Source: a bacterium
GTDB taxonomy: Bacteria > Hinthialibacterota > Hinthialibacteria > Hinthialibacterales > Hinthialibacteraceae
Length of the DNA: 15,810 nt
Assembly: GCA_041946805.1 (NCBI GenBank)
Contig: JBHGBC010000146.1
Location: forward strand, 1-15,810
Reading direction: 5' to 3'
Shown: in pieces, positions 6,901-15,081 of the stretch
Layout of the letters: every line of letters starts with the position of its first letter
How positions within the stretch are numbered: position 1 is the stretch's first letter
Notes under the pieces: model-generated
Database searches by the model: none
What the model saw: only the letters and a program-made list of their open reading frames with translations
What the model was told of the DNA's origin: nothing
Translations under genes and position numbers: made by a program

Positions 6901-7968
6901 ATGAGCATCGAAATTCAAAACATCGCCAAATCCTTCGGGCCGTTCCGGGCCTTGAAGAACATCAACCTGCAGGTGCCCACCGGCGAACTGGTAGCCCTGC
7001 TGGGGCCCTCGGGTTGCGGCAAGACCACGCTGTTGCGCATCATCGCCGGATTGGAGAAACCCGACGCCGGCACGGTGCTGTTCGACGATCGCGACGCCAC
7101 GCATGAATCGGTCCGCAGCCGCAAGGTCGGCTTCGTTTTCCAGCATTACGCCCTTTTCCGGCACATGTCGGTATTCGAAAACGTTGCCTTCGGCCTGCGG
7201 GTAAGGCCTAAGTCATCACGGCCCTCCGAGATGGAAATCCAGGAAAAAGTCCATTCCCTCCTCTCCATGGTGCAGCTGGATTGGCTGGCGGACCGCTATC
7301 CCTCGCAGCTCTCGGGCGGCCAGCGGCAGCGGGTCGCCCTGGCGCGCGCGTTGGCCGTGGAGCCCAAACTGCTGCTGCTCGATGAGCCTTTCGGCGCGTT
7401 GGACGCCCAGGTGCGCAAGGAACTGCGCCGCTGGCTGCGCCGGCTGCACGACGAACTGCACATCACCAGCGTGTTCGTGACCCATGACCAGGAAGAAGCC
7501 ATGGAACTCGCCAACCGGGTGGTGGTCATGAACCAGGGCGAAGTGGTGCAGGTGGGAACACCGGAAGAGGTGTATAACCACCCCGCCAATCCCTTTGTCT
7601 ATCATTTCCTGGGGGATGTCAATTTGTTTCACGGCCGCGTGAAAGGGGGCGTGGCCTACATCGGCGGCACGGAGGTGACAGTCCCCGCGGGGGAACAATT
7701 CGACAGCGACCAGGCGGTGATTTACATCCGGCCGCATCAGTTGGCCATCGAGCGGCGCGCCCAGAACGGCAACGCCTTCCCCGCCCGCGTGCTGCATATC
7801 AATCCCGCCGGACCTCAGGTCAAGGTGGAATTGGTCAGCCCCGGCAGCGAGCCGTTCGACGTGGAGATTCCCCATGAGTCCTACCGCGAGCTGCAACTGA
7901 CCGTCGGCATGGACGTGTTTGTCAGTCCCAAGCAAGCGCAGTTGTTTGTGGAGGATTATGTCATATAA
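6901..7968 (+). CDS. cysA: Sulfate ABC transporter ATP-binding protein CysA
   Basis: Walker [10 protein letters not shown]-loop VFQHYALF, signature LSGGQRQR, Walker [23 protein letters not shown]-loop VTHD and a C-terminal TOBE-like domain. Ends EDYVI. Confidence 0.96.
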   Translation: MSIEIQNIAKSFGPFRALKNINLQVPTGELVALLGPSGCGKTTLLRIIAGLEKPDAGTVLFDDRDATHESVRSRKVGFVFQHYALFRHMSVFENVAFGLRVRPKSSRPSEMEIQEKVHSLLSMVQLDWLADRYPSQLSGGQRQRVALARALAVEPKLLLLDEPFGALDAQVRKELRRWLRRLHDELHITSVFVTHDQEEAMELANRVVVMNQGEVVQVGTPEEVYNHPANPFVYHFLGDVNLFHGRVKGGVAYIGGTEVTVPAGEQFDSDQAVIYIRPHQLAIERRAQNGNAFPARVLHINPAGPQVKVELVSPGSEPFDVEIPHESYRELQLTVGMDVFVSPKQAQLFVEDYVI

Positions 7969-8015
7969 CAGGTTTAGCCCGATGCCGCCTTATGTTTTGG
8001 CCGATTTCCCTCCCC

Positions 8016-8055
8016 TCCTGGTCATCCTGGTCATCCTGACCATCCTGATTCAGAC
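8016..8055 (+). repeat. Short tandem repeat, 9-nt period
   Basis: TCCTGGTCA TCCTGGTCA TCCTGACCA TCCTGATTC AGAC, with TCCTG at 8016, 8025, 8034 and 8043. Confidence 0.75.
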
Positions 8056-8180
8056 CATCTCCGCGCCCCGGCGGTGAATACTCTTCTCCTCCTATCCCCC
8101 CGAGGCTCCGCCATGATACCATTTCTTCCGTACTCCACCCGGCCCTCCCGCCGGGAACCGAAGACAGAGGAGATGCGGCA

Positions 8181-9449
8181 ATGAAACGGCGTGACTTTAT
8201 GCGGATTTCGGCCACGGCGGCGGCGGGCTTGGCCATGCCCATGGTGATTCCCTCCCATGTTTTCGGACAGGCGGGGAAACCGGGGGCGAACGACCGCGTC
8301 GCGGTGGCGTTCATCGGCCTGGGCGGCCGGGCTACGTGGATCCTGCAATACGACGACCTCTCCCAGGCGCAAATCGTGGCGGTGTGCGATTGCTTCCGGC
8401 CCCGGTGCGACGCCATCGCCAAGGTGATGCCCAAGGACACGAAGTGGAATAAATACACTGACTATTTCGAGATGTTCGACAAGGAAAAACTGGACGCGGT
8501 CTTCGTCGAGACCACCACCCACGCCCGCGTGCTGACCTGCATCCACGCCTTGCAGGCGGGGCTGGACGTGTACGGTGAAAAGCCCCTGACCCTGACCGTG
8601 GCCGAAGGCCGCGCGCTGGTCAACACCGTCCGCAAGCACAAGCGCGTCTTGCAGACCGGCACGCAGCAACGCTCCATGCCCATCAACCGCCACGCCAGTA
8701 AATTGGTGCGCGAGGGGGCGATCGGTAAGATCCACACGGTCGTGGTGTGCAACTTCGAAGGTCCCAAGTATTGGACGCCCAAGCCCGAACAGCCCGTTCC
8801 CGAAGGGCTGAACTGGGAACGGTGGTGCAACCAGACCGAACTGCGGCCCTATCATCCCGACCTGCATTTCGGCTGGGCGCAGTGGTGGGATTACGACGGC
8901 GGCGGGCAGTCTTGGGGTGTCTCCGGCTGGGGGACGCATTCGCTCGACCAGGTGCAATGCGCCCTGGGGACCGACGACACCGGTCCGGTGGAGATCCGCC
9001 CGGAAGAAAAAGGCGAGAACTGCAAGGTCACCCTGCGCTACGCCAACGGCACGCTGCTGAAACTGGAAGGCGCGCGGCGGCAGCACGAAGACCTCGGGGC
9101 GATTTTCATCGGCGACCAGGGGAAGATCGAAATCCTGCGCGGTGACTACATCGCCGAGCCCAAGGAGCTGCGGGACCACGCGCCCGATCCGACTCCCGAA
9201 GGGCCGCACGAGAACGATCCGCACCTGCGCAACTTCTTCGAATGCATCCGCACCCGGCAACTGCCCAACGCGGACGTGGAGATCGGCCACCGCTCGACCA
9301 GCGTCTGCCACTTGATCAACATCTGCCGCGAACTGGGCCGCCCGTTGCAATGGGATCCGAAGGCGGAGAGGTTCGTGGGCGACGAGGAAGCCGACAAGAA
9401 ACTCTCCCGCCCCCGCCGCAAGGGATATGAAATTCCCGACGTGCTATAG
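8181..9449 (+). CDS. Tat-exported Gfo/Idh/MocA-family oxidoreductase
   Basis: Twin-arginine signal MKRRDFM. Rossmann VAFIGLGGR, IVAVCD, DVYGEKPL, LQTGTQQRS, WGTHSLD and HLRNFFECIR. SD GAGGAG upstream. Confidence 0.92.
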   Translation: MKRRDFMRISATAAAGLAMPMVIPSHVFGQAGKPGANDRVAVAFIGLGGRATWILQYDDLSQAQIVAVCDCFRPRCDAIAKVMPKDTKWNKYTDYFEMFDKEKLDAVFVETTTHARVLTCIHALQAGLDVYGEKPLTLTVAEGRALVNTVRKHKRVLQTGTQQRSMPINRHASKLVREGAIGKIHTVVVCNFEGPKYWTPKPEQPVPEGLNWERWCNQTELRPYHPDLHFGWAQWWDYDGGGQSWGVSGWGTHSLDQVQCALGTDDTGPVEIRPEEKGENCKVTLRYANGTLLKLEGARRQHEDLGAIFIGDQGKIEILRGDYIAEPKELRDHAPDPTPEGPHENDPHLRNFFECIRTRQLPNADVEIGHRSTSVCHLINICRELGRPLQWDPKAERFVGDEEADKKLSRPRRKGYEIPDVL

Positions 9450-9485
9450 GACTGTAGGATGGGTTCGCGAGCCTTTTCAGGGCTT

Positions 9486-9518
9486 CCCTCACCCTGACCC
9501 TCTTCCAGAGGACGAGAG
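9486..9518 (+). repeat. REP-like family A, copy 5 (degenerate)
   Basis: CCCTCACCCTGACCCTCTTCCAGAGGACGAGAG. Confidence 0.65.
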
Positions 9519-9543
9519 AATATTCTGTTGGGATTTCTGTCGT

Positions 9544-9567
9544 CCCAGGGTTTGCGCCCTGGGCTAC
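9544..9567 (-). repeat. REP-like family C, copy 3 (inverted)
   Basis: Reverse complement GTAGCCCAGGGCGCAAACCCTGGG, with a perfect CCCAGGG/CCCTGGG stem. Confidence 0.7.
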
Positions 9568-9647
9568 ACGCATGCCGCGCCGTGAGCGCTCGAAAGTGTT
9601 CCTGCAAACCGGTAAAAAAGAGTCCATCGAAGATTGGAGAGGTCATG

Positions 9648-9678
9648 CATCCAGGCATGGGGATACCCTGCCTGGATG
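9648..9678. terminator. Strong hairpin between convergent genes (possible terminator or REP-like element)
   Basis: Perfect 10-bp stem CATCCAGGCA (9648-9657) / TGCCTGGATG (9669-9678), about 30 nt past the lptD stop. There is no U-tract on either side, so intrinsic termination is uncertain. Confidence 0.35.
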
Positions 9679-9708
9679 ATGTGGCGCGGAGATGAACAAC
9701 GGCCTTCC

Positions 9709-12054
9709 TCAAAAATGCCGGGAAGGCATCGACCGGTCTTTCCTTCCCCCGATTCCCCAGAAGTAAAAGCCGACCGAAAACGAGTAATCGTCGCCCAAGG
9801 TGGGATGGGTGCGGTGCTCGATTTGGAACAGACCGTAGAAATCGTACATGTCGCGCATCAGGCCGATCTCGTTGCGCCGGAACGTGCTTTCATCCAGGTC
9901 GAACCAGAGCGAGTAGTAGAGTTGCCATTTGCGGGACAAGTCCCAAGACAGGTTGAAGGTGATGTCCTGCTGTTCGTCGGCGTTGAGCGCGGGGTGGCGG
10001 TAGGTCAGGTAGCCCAGCGACAGGTGCACCGGTTCGATGGGCGTCAGGTTGGTGTAGTAGTGGGAGGCCCGCATCTCGCCGTCGTCCACGTCATAACGCA
10101 CTTCGTTGCCGAGCGAGAGCCAATCCAGCGGGTAGATGGAGAAGTCCTCGACCAGGTCCGAAAAGCGGTAATCGTGGTGATCGGCGGGATCGTCGTAGTA
10201 CGCGAAATTGTCATAGCGCAGGTTCTCGTCCGGCAGAAAATCGTAGACCACGCCGGTGGAGAAACGCATCCAGTCGCGGCTTGCTCCACCCTCGTTCTTC
10301 CCTTGGATCCGGGTGCGGACCAGGGCCGAGGTGCGGTGCATCTTGAAGCGGAACTCATCCACCGGATCGATGTAGGGAAAGCGCACGTCCGGGCCGGTCA
10401 TGATCTCTTCCAAATCGGTGCTGGGGTGGTAATAGCCGTAGGACAGCACCGGCTCGACCACCGCCCGCATGCGCTTGAATTCATCCAGAAACGGATCGAA
10501 CTCGTAGGTCAGCCGGTTGGAGAATTCCACCCCGCCCTCGCCCATGGCGCGGGTTTCGCTGCCGAAGTCATAGGGGGTGATGGGATCGCCCACCGAGCGG
10601 GAGGGGTCCTCATACTGGGTGCCGCGGAAGCCCAGCCAGGGCTTGATCGTGAAGCGGCTGGGCAGATGGATGGGATACTCGAGGCGCAGTTCCGAATCGA
10701 GGCGGTCCACCTCGTCGTAATAATGGGTTTTTTCGTACAACTCGCGCTCATTCAGGGGATAGGTCACCCCTTCCTCGCGGCGGAAGCGGCCGAAGTCCAA
10801 TTGCAGGTCGGCGAAAAGGCCGGAACCGAACAGGTTGTAAGGATATTGTTCAAAATGAATCTGGGGCGTGCGTTCCACATAGGGCAGGCTGTTGTAGTAA
10901 AACGAATCGAGGCGGGAGGCGGCGGTGATCCGCAAGCTTTGATCGTCCCACCATTTCACCAGATTGACGAATGAAACCACGTCCTGGTCCAAATCGTCCA
11001 AGATCATATCGTGCAGCCGGCCGGGGCGGCGGTAGTCCCACCGGTACTCGGAATCCGAAAAGCGGTGTCCCCGGGCGGTGAAGCGCATGTCGTAGGGCAG
11101 ATCCTGCCCGTATTCGCCGGCGATGATCCAGCGGTCCTCCCCGTCGTAAATCGCGTCGTTGTCCGGCGCTTCCTGCTTGATGTGATACCCGTACACATAG
11201 CCTTTCGGCCCGTACGGGCCGGGGACGTTGAAACGGACCTTGGCCCCCTGGCCGAAGCCTGCCTTGGTGAAGTAATCGCCGAAGAGGTCGAGCGTCCATT
11301 CCTTGTACAGCGAGAACATCAGGCGGTTGAAGACGCCGAAGCCCAGTTTGGAATAGTAATTGGCGTTGATGAAATAGGCGATTTTGTGCTCGGCCAGCGA
11401 GCGGGTATAGAAGGGGAAATAAAACCAGGGGACCGCCTGGCTGACGAAGACCATGTCCTGCAGCGTGATGCGCTGGCCGGGGACCAGGACAAGCTTGTCG
11501 TATTTCAGGTAATAAAACGGCACGGGCAGGTCGTTGGTGGTCGCCTTGCCATCGCGCAGGACATACTCCCGGATCCGTTCCGGCTCGGTCGCGCCCTTGG
11601 GAATCTGGCCCGCGCGGTGCCGCAAGTCGAGATGTTCCCCGCTGACATAGACGCCCGGGGAGATTTCCGCCCATTCCAGTCCGCTGAGCACTCCTTCCTC
11701 GGTGTCCAGGTTGAACACCAGGTGGTTGCCCCGCAGGATGGTCCCCCGGTCCCACAGGCGGACAGCCCCATCGGCGGTCAGATCGTTGGTTTTTTGATCG
11801 AAATGGATGGTCTGGGCGGTGATGGACTGCGGGCCGAAGGTAACGGTGGGCTCTCCCCGGTCATCCGCCACGACTTGCATGGTTTCGGCGTCCAGATCAT
11901 AGGTATAGTTGCCCCGCACGATCTCCAGCACGGCGGATGGGCCGGACGGCGTGTCCAAGGGTTGCGCCATCAAACCGGAGGCTGGAACGGGGAACAAACC
12001 CACCACACAAACCAGAAAAAAAAGAACGGATCGGATCATGATGATTTCCGCCAT
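9709..12054 (-). CDS. lptD: LPS-assembly outer-membrane protein LptD (divergent)
   Basis: 781 aa with a signal peptide. OstA/jellyroll-like N-terminus (SITAQTIHFD, ADGAVRL, LRGNHLVFNLDTEEG), then ATTND..P.Y, VPWFYFPFY, SKLGFG, LDLFGDYFTKAGFGQG, SDSEYRWDY and VVEPVLSYGY. Aromatic-rich beta strands to the C-terminus. The start may be ATG 12054 or 12039. Confidence 0.8.
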   Translation of the reverse strand: MAEIIMIRSVLFFLVCVVGLFPVPASGLMAQPLDTPSGPSAVLEIVRGNYTYDLDAETMQVVADDRGEPTVTFGPQSITAQTIHFDQKTNDLTADGAVRLWDRGTILRGNHLVFNLDTEEGVLSGLEWAEISPGVYVSGEHLDLRHRAGQIPKGATEPERIREYVLRDGKATTNDLPVPFYYLKYDKLVLVPGQRITLQDMVFVSQAVPWFYFPFYTRSLAEHKIAYFINANYYSKLGFGVFNRLMFSLYKEWTLDLFGDYFTKAGFGQGAKVRFNVPGPYGPKGYVYGYHIKQEAPDNDAIYDGEDRWIIAGEYGQDLPYDMRFTARGHRFSDSEYRWDYRRPGRLHDMILDDLDQDVVSFVNLVKWWDDQSLRITAASRLDSFYYNSLPYVERTPQIHFEQYPYNLFGSGLFADLQLDFGRFRREEGVTYPLNERELYEKTHYYDEVDRLDSELRLEYPIHLPSRFTIKPWLGFRGTQYEDPSRSVGDPITPYDFGSETRAMGEGGVEFSNRLTYEFDPFLDEFKRMRAVVEPVLSYGYYHPSTDLEEIMTGPDVRFPYIDPVDEFRFKMHRTSALVRTRIQGKNEGGASRDWMRFSTGVVYDFLPDENLRYDNFAYYDDPADHHDYRFSDLVEDFSIYPLDWLSLGNEVRYDVDDGEMRASHYYTNLTPIEPVHLSLGYLTYRHPALNADEQQDITFNLSWDLSRKWQLYYSLWFDLDESTFRRNEIGLMRDMYDFYGLFQIEHRTHPTLGDDYSFSVGFYFWGIGGRKDRSMPSRHF

Positions 12055-12146
12055 TGTCGCATGGATTGCCGGGAACGTCTATATTCCGAAACGCATTCCC
12101 ACGGCAAAAAACACCCGGACATGATTTCATCACAGCTCCGCGGATA

Positions 12147-12175
12147 TTCAACCGCAACGGATTTTTCCGCATAAT
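12147..12175 (+). promoter_or_regulatory. Possible sigma70 promoter for the glycosyltransferase
   Basis: TTCAAC (12147-12152), 17 nt, CATAAT (12170-12175), in the divergent lptD/GT intergenic region. Confidence 0.35.
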
Positions 12176-12221
12176 ACCATCCATCCGCCTTGCCGGGGAA
12201 AGAGAGCGAGTCTAAAACGGG

Positions 12222-14108
12222 ATGAAATGGAAAGAAAAGATCCTCATGGTTCCCCAATACCCTCTTTTGCCCCGCGCCGTGGGGGGCATTTTGCTCGCCG
12301 GGGTGATGGCACGGCTGCTCTTTTTTCCCCGGGTTGGCTTCGAGCAGGATTTTTTGTTCATTATTTCGTGGTCGGAGTATCTCGTCCAGCACAGCCCGGT
12401 CACTATTTACGACAACCCCGAGCAGTTGAGCGTCCAGTTCATCAACTACCCGCCGCTCTACCTCTATTTTTTGACCGGGACCGCCCGGTTGTACCGCGCG
12501 TTCACCGAAAGGCCGTTTTACAGCCTGGGATTTTTGGCCCTGATCAAGAGCCTCACGCTGAGTTTTGAAGTCCTGACGGGGTTGGTTTTATGGAGATGGA
12601 CGGGGGAAAAATACGGCCCACGGGCGGGGGCCTGGGCGTTGGGATTGTATTTTCTCAATCCCGCCATCGTCTACGTGAGCGCTTATTACGGCCAGGTAGA
12701 CGCCATTTTCGCCGCCTTCCTGCTGCTGGCGATGGTGGCCTGGGTGAAAGACCGGCCCGGTTTCTGCGGCGCGGCGCTGGCCTGGGCGCTGGCCATGAAG
12801 CTGCAAAGCGTGGCGTTCCTCCCCCTGTTGTTCCTGATCCCCCTGCTCCAGAAAAAAATCCGGGCCTTCGTTTATCTAATGGCGGGATTCGCTCTCACCG
12901 GCTTCATCCTGCTGTCTCCCTATATACTCCAGGGGAAATGGCCCGCGCTGGTGTACGAATGCGTGGTCCGCAGCATCGAGTGGGGCAAGTTCGTCAGCGT
13001 GGGAGCGTTCAACCTGTGGTACCTGCACGCCGATCCGGTGACGCACGACTACCGGATCTGGGGCTGGTGGTTTGGCCGGGACGGGATGGTTTCCGCCCAT
13101 CCGTTGGTGATGCTGTGCACGTACAAGAACCTGGGCGCGGCGCTCTTCGGCGCGGCGTATCTGGCGGCCCTGTATGGCGTTTGGAATCACGAGAAGGCCG
13201 CCGCTCCGTGGATCGCGGCCATGCACATCGGCCTCGCGTTCTACTTGTTGCCCACCAAGGTGCACGAGCGCTACTTGTTTCCCTATTTCGTCTTCGCCGC
13301 CCCCCTGGCGGCGCGGGGGGGCGCGCGCCGGATCTTCTACCTGGGCTTCAGCCTGACCTACCTGGTCAACCTCATGGTCATCTGCCCGCTGTTCGGCGAG
13401 GTGAAAAACGTCACCGAGATCGATTCCTCCCTGGGGACCGCCGCCGCGGCGCTTAATCTGTTTCTCTATATCCTGTTTATCGCGTATGAATATATCGCGC
13501 CCGCGTTTCCCGAACGGCGGATGATGATCCTAGCCAAGGCCGGGATGACCGCCGTGGCGGGGGTGATGATCATTCTCCTCCTGCGGCACGAAAGCCGGAT
13601 CCCCGATCCTTCCCTACTCTACCTCAGCCAGATCACACCGCGCCTGGCCGAGCAGGACTGGCCGGTGGACCCGAAGGCCAACGCGCGAAAAGGCTACGAG
13701 AAAGTGAACGCCGATCGGTCCGTGGACGAGAAGGAACTGCAGATCGGCTCCACACTCTACCGCTACGGCCTGGGAACGCATGCCAACTCCCGGATCGAGT
13801 ATGAAATCCCCGGCGAGTATCAATGGTTCGAATGCATGGTGGGTTTGGACGCCGAGGTGCGGCCCAACTACGAGGCCCGGCCCGACCGCGCGACCGTGAT
13901 CTTTTCCGTGTGGATCAATGGAGAACAGCGCTATGCCAGCCCGCTGATGTTCCCCCCCATGCCTCCCCAGCGGGTGATGCTTCCCCTGCCGGAAACCAAA
14001 GGCTTCAACCGCCTGCGGCTGGAAGTCAGCGACGCGGGCGACGGCAACAACTCGGACCACGCCGACTGGGCGCTGGCCCGGGTGAAACGCCCGCCGCCTG
14101 GAGAATAA
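12222..14108 (+). CDS. GT-C fold membrane glycosyltransferase (GT87/ALG6-like) with a C-terminal NPCBM/NEW2 (CBM51-like) domain
   Basis: Multi-TM N-terminal region with NYPPLYLY, FLNPAIVYVSAYYGQVD, ALAMKLQ, FNLWYL and KVHERYLFP. C-terminal about 160 aa: YLSQI..DRSVD..LQIG..YRYGLGTHANS.IEY..F...VGLD..V.FSV..NG..LRLEVSDAGDGNNSDHADWA.A. Confidence 0.8.
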   Translation: MKWKEKILMVPQYPLLPRAVGGILLAGVMARLLFFPRVGFEQDFLFIISWSEYLVQHSPVTIYDNPEQLSVQFINYPPLYLYFLTGTARLYRAFTERPFYSLGFLALIKSLTLSFEVLTGLVLWRWTGEKYGPRAGAWALGLYFLNPAIVYVSAYYGQVDAIFAAFLLLAMVAWVKDRPGFCGAALAWALAMKLQSVAFLPLLFLIPLLQKKIRAFVYLMAGFALTGFILLSPYILQGKWPALVYECVVRSIEWGKFVSVGAFNLWYLHADPVTHDYRIWGWWFGRDGMVSAHPLVMLCTYKNLGAALFGAAYLAALYGVWNHEKAAAPWIAAMHIGLAFYLLPTKVHERYLFPYFVFAAPLAARGGARRIFYLGFSLTYLVNLMVICPLFGEVKNVTEIDSSLGTAAAALNLFLYILFIAYEYIAPAFPERRMMILAKAGMTAVAGVMIILLLRHESRIPDPSLLYLSQITPRLAEQDWPVDPKANARKGYEKVNADRSVDEKELQIGSTLYRYGLGTHANSRIEYEIPGEYQWFECMVGLDAEVRPNYEARPDRATVIFSVWINGEQRYASPLMFPPMPPQRVMLPLPETKGFNRLRLEVSDAGDGNNSDHADWALARVKRPPPGE

Positions 14109-14116
14109 GCACCAAC

Positions 14117-14935
14117 TCAGGGGATGAGCGGTTTTTGTCCGATAACCGTCCAGCTGTTTTGATTGACGAAATGGCAGGCCGGATTTTCCAGGCCGTGAAT
14201 CAGGGCCAGGGCTTCCTCGCGGGTGTAATAGCGCGCCACGGGGGGCAGGAGATGATCGAAGATGATCAGATGGATATGACGGAAGCGGAAGTCGCGCAGT
14301 TGCCGGAAGTACGCGCCCCGGGGCCGGAAGATTTTCACGTATCCAAAAAAGGGAATGGAAACCAGATAGGTCAGCCAGTCCAACACGGGAGGCGGCAGTT
14401 TGGAGGTGACGTGTTTCCGCACCGGGTCCACCAGCCGGAGAAAGCGTTCATTGCCTTCGCGCGCGTAAACCCACAACAGCAGCGTCCCGCCCGGCTTCAG
14501 GGCGCGGATCAGGTTGATCACGGCACATCCTGGATTTTCCAGGAACTGAATCACGCCGGCGGAAAACACGAAATCGAATTCGTTTTCGTAGGGAATATCA
14601 TAGATGGAACGCTTTTCCACCCGGACGTTGGGAAACTCGCCCAACAAGGAACGGGCGGCCTGGATGGTGCGGTCGTCGTTGTCGAAGGCCACGATATCGG
14701 CCGCGCCCCATTTCGCGCACCAATAGCTGTTCCGGCCCATGCCTGATCCCGCGTCCAGCACCCGCCGGCCCCGGATGAAATCCGGGGTGATAGGTCCCAG
14801 CCATTGTTGGAATTGGGATTCATAATAGGGATCCAGTTCGCGGTACTTTTCCCACTCGTATCCAAAGCGTTGTTCCACCGACATGCAAAGCGGCTCCTCT
14901 GGGGCCTCCATGAGAAACGAAGCAAGGATATCCAT
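14117..14935 (-). CDS. Class I SAM-dependent methyltransferase
   Basis: Motif I VLDAGSGMG, FDFVFSAGVI and RALKPGGTLLLWVY. The start may instead be ATG 14884 (MSVEQRFGYEW), which follows GAGGAG. Substrate unknown. Confidence 0.88.
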   Translation of the reverse strand: MDILASFLMEAPEEPLCMSVEQRFGYEWEKYRELDPYYESQFQQWLGPITPDFIRGRRVLDAGSGMGRNSYWCAKWGAADIVAFDNDDRTIQAARSLLGEFPNVRVEKRSIYDIPYENEFDFVFSAGVIQFLENPGCAVINLIRALKPGGTLLLWVYAREGNERFLRLVDPVRKHVTSKLPPPVLDWLTYLVSIPFFGYVKIFRPRGAYFRQLRDFRFRHIHLIIFDHLLPPVARYYTREEALALIHGLENPACHFVNQNSWTVIGQKPLIP

Positions 14936-14971
14936 CCACCTTGCTCCATGTTTGTGAGGCAGAGCAGTAAC

Positions 14972-14998
14972 GTAGAGGGGCGCGGCCCCGCGCCCCTC
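14972..14998 (+). repeat. GTAG-type REP-like perfect hairpin
   Basis: GTAGAGGGGCGCGGCCCCGCGCCCCTC: 10-bp GAGGGGCGCG/CGCGCCCCTC stem with a 4-nt loop. Confidence 0.65.
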
Positions 14999-15031
14999 AT
15001 TTCGTTTGCGATGCGATTATGAAAAGAGGAT

Positions 15032-15062
15032 GGTGGATTTGGCTGCACACAACCCACCCTAC
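15032..15062 (-). repeat. GTAG-type REP-like hairpin (inverted), just after the lon stop
   Basis: Reverse complement GTAGGGTGGGTTGTGTGCAGCCAAATCCACC, with a GGTGGGTT/AATCCACC stem. Confidence 0.55.
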
Positions 15063-15081
15063 CGATTCAGATCCCCTCTGA

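Noticed and set aside
8181..9449. Oxidoreductase as part of the sulfate operon
   Set aside because: It is separated by 212 bp, has no operator copy, and belongs to a typically multi-paralog family with no sulfur-specific signal.
3230..9567. Recurrent roughly 22-38-nt palindromes as a possible CRISPR array
   Set aside because: The copies are dispersed, degenerate, of different families and in both orientations, with no regular repeat-spacer period and no cas genes.
8031..12174. Long alternative ORFs (8031-9350 -, 9634-10974 +, 11011-12174 +, 10850-11755 -)
   Set aside because: They are antisense or off-frame shadows of the oxidoreductase and lptD, expected with high GC3 codon bias, and have no recognisable domains.
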